Source of the DNA: Actinomycetes bacterium
GTDB taxonomy: Bacteria; Auribacterota; JAJCYG01
Direction: 5' to 3'
Length of the DNA: 64,000 bases
NCBI GenBank assembly: GCA_029263055.1
Contig: JAJCYG010000002.1
Location: 21,362 to 85,361, forward strand
Part shown: positions 61,301 to 64,000 of the stretch, in pieces
Layout: each line of letters opens with the position of its first letter
How positions within the stretch are numbered: position 1 is the stretch's first letter
Program-made: the position numbers and the translations under genes
The notes under the pieces: generated by a model
The model's input: the letters and a program-made list of their open reading frames with translations, nothing else
What the model was told of the DNA's origin: nothing
The model's database searches: none

Positions 61301-64000
61301 CGCTTGAAGAGAGTGCCTTAAGTGAAGGTCAAAAAACAAAGGCGATTGCTCTGCTTTCAGAAGTTCATCAAACATTAGCTGAAGCTTTAATCGCAGGTGA
61401 GTTTGCTGAGAGTGATTCGACTGTTTTAACATTAAGGGAATTGCTGAATCGTTCACTCAACCAATTATTAGGCCTGACTCAAGAAACATCCTCATTAACC
61501 TTTGAAGAAATGCTTTCTCAAGTGGTTGAAGATAACTATCTTTCTTTTTGGAATGCGGAAGAGGATTATTTGCTCGCATTGGAAAAAGTGAATCCGTTAC
61601 TTAAAAGTGTTCGTTCGCCTGAAGTGCGTCTTAATCGACATGTGCATAAGCAGGTTGAAAAACAACTTGATCGTTGGTTAAATCTGGCGTTGAAAAATAA
61701 GAGTCTGCGCTCTATTCCTCCGGTTCACCTCCGTTTTGCTGTGGAGTCAGATGGAGCAGATGTGGGGGCTCAATTAGCTAAAAAGAATAATTGGGGGTAT
61801 GAAAAAGCCCTGATTAGTGGGTTTACAGAAGAGTATGACTTAAAGGGAGCCTTTATTCCTATTCGCCAGCAGTTCACGTTAAAAGAAGCAGAAGAGTTGA
61901 TTGCCACATATGAAGCGCTTGATCCTGAATATGTGCGGCAAGTGACGTTAGAGGTGCTTCAAGACATTAATCAAGAAGACAAGCTTGTTATTGCGGAGCG
62001 CCTTTATAGTGTAGAGAGAGCAAGAAGATGGAACGCGCAACTTAAATGGGCCGGAGGACTTTTAGTTCGAAAAATATTAGAAGCACAAGAACAGAGTGAA
62101 AAAGTTTTTTTAGTGGAGTTAGAAGGCTTTCACCGGTTAGACCCTGAAGTAGCGATTATGCTCAACGAGTTTTTTCTTTCAGGAACCCTTTATTTGCCAG
62201 GTAGAGAACCAATGATCATTCCGAAAAATTTAATTTTCTTTTTGAGCTCTCCAATTGAAATACCACTTGAAATTTCTCCGGCAGAACAGTCGCGGCATTG
62301 GCGTGTGACATTATATGATCACGAGATTGAACAAAAGATCGAACTCATAAATAGAGCTCTTCAATCAAGTTCTGCTTTAGCCACTCAAGTAGCAGTAAGA
62401 TTACAGATTGTTACAGCGTTAATGGAACAATGGAAAGGTTTAAATCAGCTCTTAGAAGAACAAGACCGTGAAGAGTTTGTGCGAGGCACTTCTTATTGGA
62501 CTTCCTATGCACAAACAATTGCTTATTTATATGAAACAAATGGTAACGATCTTAATGCGGCTTTAGAAAAAGGAAAAACCCTCTTTCTTGGAGCGACTTT
62601 TGGAAGCGGTATGGGAGAAGAGCAAGAAACCATTCCTATTCAATGGAAAGATAACGATGAAGAAAATAAAATGAGTTTTTTAAATGATTTTTCTGTGCTC
62701 GATTTTGTCTTGGATCATACGATTGGAACCTCTGAAGAGGGAGGCGCTATTAACGAAGAATCATTAGAAACGTTTCTTGATGAAGTCATCCATACAAATA
62801 ACACGCTTCAAGAAAAAATAAATAATTTGTTAAATGGTCAAAACCAACACTTGAAAAGTTATCCTCATAAAAACTTAAACCCTCAAGTACTCCGTTCGGG
62901 TGATTTGGTTTTATTTAATGAGAAGTATTTATTGTTTTTGGGGTGGGATAGCAAAGGAAAGCCCCTTCTCTTAAGATCAGAGAAGGGTCATAAAATGGTT
63001 CGTATTCATAGAAGTCTTCCTAAAGAGGCTGTTCTCTTATCTCGAGTCCATCTAGAAGAACATGCCGCAGAACTAAAGGAGTTCTTAGCCTTAAAACAAG
63101 AAGAGCTCTTAAGAGTCCGTTATCAAAATGTGTTTTCTAAGTTGCGATTTTTAAGAGATAAAGTGGATTCTAAAGAGGTGGAACAGGTGACATCATTTTT
63201 AGACACCTTATTAAGTGACGCCAATATTAAAGAGTTTCAAGAAAAAACAGCTTCTGTTCAAAAAGAGTTTGATCCTGAGAATGATACATATGGAGTGGTT
63301 ATTGTTGAGGGGCGTTTGGGAGTGGTGGGAGATGGAAAAGTAGTGTTACTCGGAGATCAACTAAAAACCTTAGTTTCTTCCCCTGCATCCTTTGTAGGCA
63401 GAAAGGGACAATTTGTTCCCTTTTCAGCATTTGCCCACCTTGGAATTAAAGAAGTTGAGGTGACTCGCTTAAACGAAGAAGGAGAAAAAAAATTAGGTGA
63501 AGCGATTCACTTTATAGGTTTAGCACAAAAAGGAAGTGATATTACCTGGTGGCTCAAATTAGAGAATCATCTTAAATTGGCAAACAGCATCTTGGGTCAA
63601 GGTGGTGATTCTGTAGAAGCGCTGAATGAGTGGATTGGCGATAATGAAGAGGTTGCTAGTACTCAAGTACAGACAACACTTTCTAACTATGGGTTAACAC
63701 TTGCTGATGTGAAGTACGCTGAATCATTTCATCTTTATAATCTTCCTGATTCTGATGCTAAAAAATTAGATAGATTAGAGAAAATAAAAAATCAGTTAAG
63801 AGCTTCGGACCGTGATATGGCAGAGACCGATGCTTATCAATATAACACCATTGAAGAAGTCGTAAAGATGGTCCACGAGATTCCTGATGAATTGTTTGTC
63901 TTAGGTAAATGGTTGAAGCGTTATTTTGAAGTCCAAGACTTAATTAAGATTGGTAATCAAGTTTATCGTGTTTCAAGAATAGAAGGCCCTAATGTTATTG
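58321..64000 (+). CDS. Leader-tagged giant multi-AAA+ (MoxR/midasin-like AAA_5 modules) protein, 3'-truncated by the window edge
   Basis: The frame is open from 58270 to 64000 with no stop on manual translation. It is missing from the ORF track because it has no in-window stop. The start is uncertain: TTG 58321 (GAGG 9 nt upstream), TTG 58303 or ATG 58342. Leader LCKKLVCMFLCLSLVTPPFQGTRLPQKEVPQYLSPLS. Intact Walker A VVGPTGVGKTF near nt 60810. Flanking degenerate modules: VLVLDNID...LHLIFTASS around nt 59950-60130, and FLVELEGFHRLDPEVAIMLNEFFLSGTLYLPGREPMIIPKNLIFFLSSP around 62105-62260. Confidence 0.7.
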   Translation, partial: MCKKLVCMFLCLSLVTPPFQGTRLPQKEVPQYLSPLSTFTPEVHSLLNQVTLSRFYFMREDGESVFNPAQVEQMLRFEKEFRSVRSLPLIGDQLGMAIFFLKENGSVDLFVVQTDKEGAVQVQPLLVDFIPSRSIQAIDSGVIKEALEAVGEGADKEVIKESLKLNMWLEQFLKLGAPIPERDIALEEVDLSSFEPVKIDQIDLEAAWTLAEILREKGSNSAEIKKLFEDRIDFKDRLVTLYQGIQQGEVPGAIPFSDPSRMFVSPRDQKRWINETIKWLRAGFPLSKAIFMGALVNYIENIDPNQIGQDGKPLVENGLEIFVAVFQSYFKDERGRAMSRDQILPQVKEWMKEQNYPGLPVRAEEDLLEMQQRIRSQVRHALFNETPSLFLKHAEEGEFVEEILKEETLALNGKWIVMPMGPYSDKNQILGRRIPERIISFDLAQEVVRKVLSEEGHEEKIREALTELIPVPTSHRQTDAHVAQFKSNWEQFEKGALEGEELARAIEMIRWTASFLETQKAGQGLSFSKGTLIRAYESAMSEPNKPIVLVLDNIDASSAKVRNGIFNHFLEKREMNIVGYVNPFDGSSRITLPKNLHLIFTASSQVPVKDQALLNRLQKYVLPEVTIEDRLALALARVEEYYDGTRLKLIGPTLVEVFKEFENYLDEEILPFYPSVVTHLFERLEGLAKEKGEKWTLDTLATELHLILLDQIPNPEKRQQFKVYLDNKGFPFYEGLVETPYWFDESGDLVVYGVTVGLNEGLKERIRAVTVSERNLEKRKWAQERELYLWRNSPQERKAGVVLQSQSIRMLASLVRQIKYNNRVIQVVGPTGVGKTFVGEALAIWRNQSSYSEPTHKRSEQEQWTGFYEITAAGEFVYNDQTPFMDMIRNGGADLKSELNAKGDFNRTAYMSWYLNQIAKKRKSLVLPFVRDGELNETSEEPIHDNYWMLIDINPEGVYGHRYRLNPELASLSGQIYLDGNYTSEDYKKMLRMALEESALSEGQKTKAIALLSEVHQTLAEALIAGEFAESDSTVLTLRELLNRSLNQLLGLTQETSSLTFEEMLSQVVEDNYLSFWNAEEDYLLALEKVNPLLKSVRSPEVRLNRHVHKQVEKQLDRWLNLALKNKSLRSIPPVHLRFAVESDGADVGAQLAKKNNWGYEKALISGFTEEYDLKGAFIPIRQQFTLKEAEELIATYEALDPEYVRQVTLEVLQDINQEDKLVIAERLYSVERARRWNAQLKWAGGLLVRKILEAQEQSEKVFLVELEGFHRLDPEVAIMLNEFFLSGTLYLPGREPMIIPKNLIFFLSSPIEIPLEISPAEQSRHWRVTLYDHEIEQKIELINRALQSSSALATQVAVRLQIVTALMEQWKGLNQLLEEQDREEFVRGTSYWTSYAQTIAYLYETNGNDLNAALEKGKTLFLGATFGSGMGEEQETIPIQWKDNDEENKMSFLNDFSVLDFVLDHTIGTSEEGGAINEESLETFLDEVIHTNNTLQEKINNLLNGQNQHLKSYPHKNLNPQVLRSGDLVLFNEKYLLFLGWDSKGKPLLLRSEKGHKMVRIHRSLPKEAVLLSRVHLEEHAAELKEFLALKQEELLRVRYQNVFSKLRFLRDKVDSKEVEQVTSFLDTLLSDANIKEFQEKTASVQKEFDPENDTYGVVIVEGRLGVVGDGKVVLLGDQLKTLVSSPASFVGRKGQFVPFSAFAHLGIKEVEVTRLNEEGEKKLGEAIHFIGLAQKGSDITWWLKLENHLKLANSILGQGGDSVEALNEWIGDNEEVASTQVQTTLSNYGLTLADVKYAESFHLYNLPDSDAKKLDRLEKIKNQLRASDRDMAETDAYQYNTIEEVVKMVHEIPDELFVLGKWLKRYFEVQDLIKIGNQVYRVSRIEGPNVI

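Noticed and set aside
1-64000. Mobile genetic island, prophage, CRISPR or RNA-gene content
   Set aside because: I recognised no integrase, transposase, phage structural genes, direct-repeat arrays or tRNA/rRNA-like sequences in any intergenic region. The giant-gene cluster is interleaved with housekeeping genes and shows no obvious island boundaries. I did not compute compositional shifts.

Overview
This is a moderately AT-rich, densely coding bacterial chromosomal window. It uses the standard genetic code: TAA, TAG and TGA all terminate recognisable genes. I saw no rRNA, tRNA, CRISPR array, transposase or integrase. Ordinary genes frame the window: nth, a PP-loop ATPase, prmA, an APS/PAPS reductase, a GT39-like glycosyltransferase, a 2Fe-2S ferredoxin, an AmgK/MurU-like pair, pckA, a pyruvoyl arginine decarboxylase, a DksA-like protein, a CheY-like receiver, an aspA-like lyase, an epimerase/B12-radical-SAM/GT4 operon, a Mur ligase and hpnH. 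The main signal is a set of ten ORFs covering roughly 39 of the 64 kb. Most are giant multi-domain fusions (782, 1272, about 2718, 2812, 991, 726 and about 1122 aa, plus one of more than 1890 aa that runs off the window and is absent from the supplied ORF track). All ten share a non-canonical N-terminal leader: basic residues, a hydrophobic stretch, a Pro turn, a spacer, then [NYFMA]-L-[ASQ]-[PA]-x-[ST]. The nine whose 3' ends are visible all finish in small-small-Ile/Leu. The catalytic domains of five of them together cover every enzyme family of an ethylmalonyl-CoA-type, crotonyl-CoA-carboxylating acyl-CoA pathway: KAS III, SDR reductase, MaoC dehydratases, Ccr-like reductase/carboxylase, VOC epimerase, B12 mutase, acyl-CoA dehydrogenase, CitE/malyl-CoA-lyase-like, carboxyltransferase and acyl-CoA ligase. 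The other leader-tagged proteins are an enolase-PEPCK fusion lying next to a leaderless pckA paralogue, a protein of eight tandem XRE-type HTH modules, a HAD/kinase-like/GNAT fusion, an acidic coiled-coil protein and a midasin/MoxR-like multi-AAA+ giant. I interpret this as a candidate dedicated targeting system that sends a cofactor-dependent carbon-assimilation pathway to a compartment, a membrane or a host/prey cell. All domain calls were made by eye from motifs. No database or HMM search was run.
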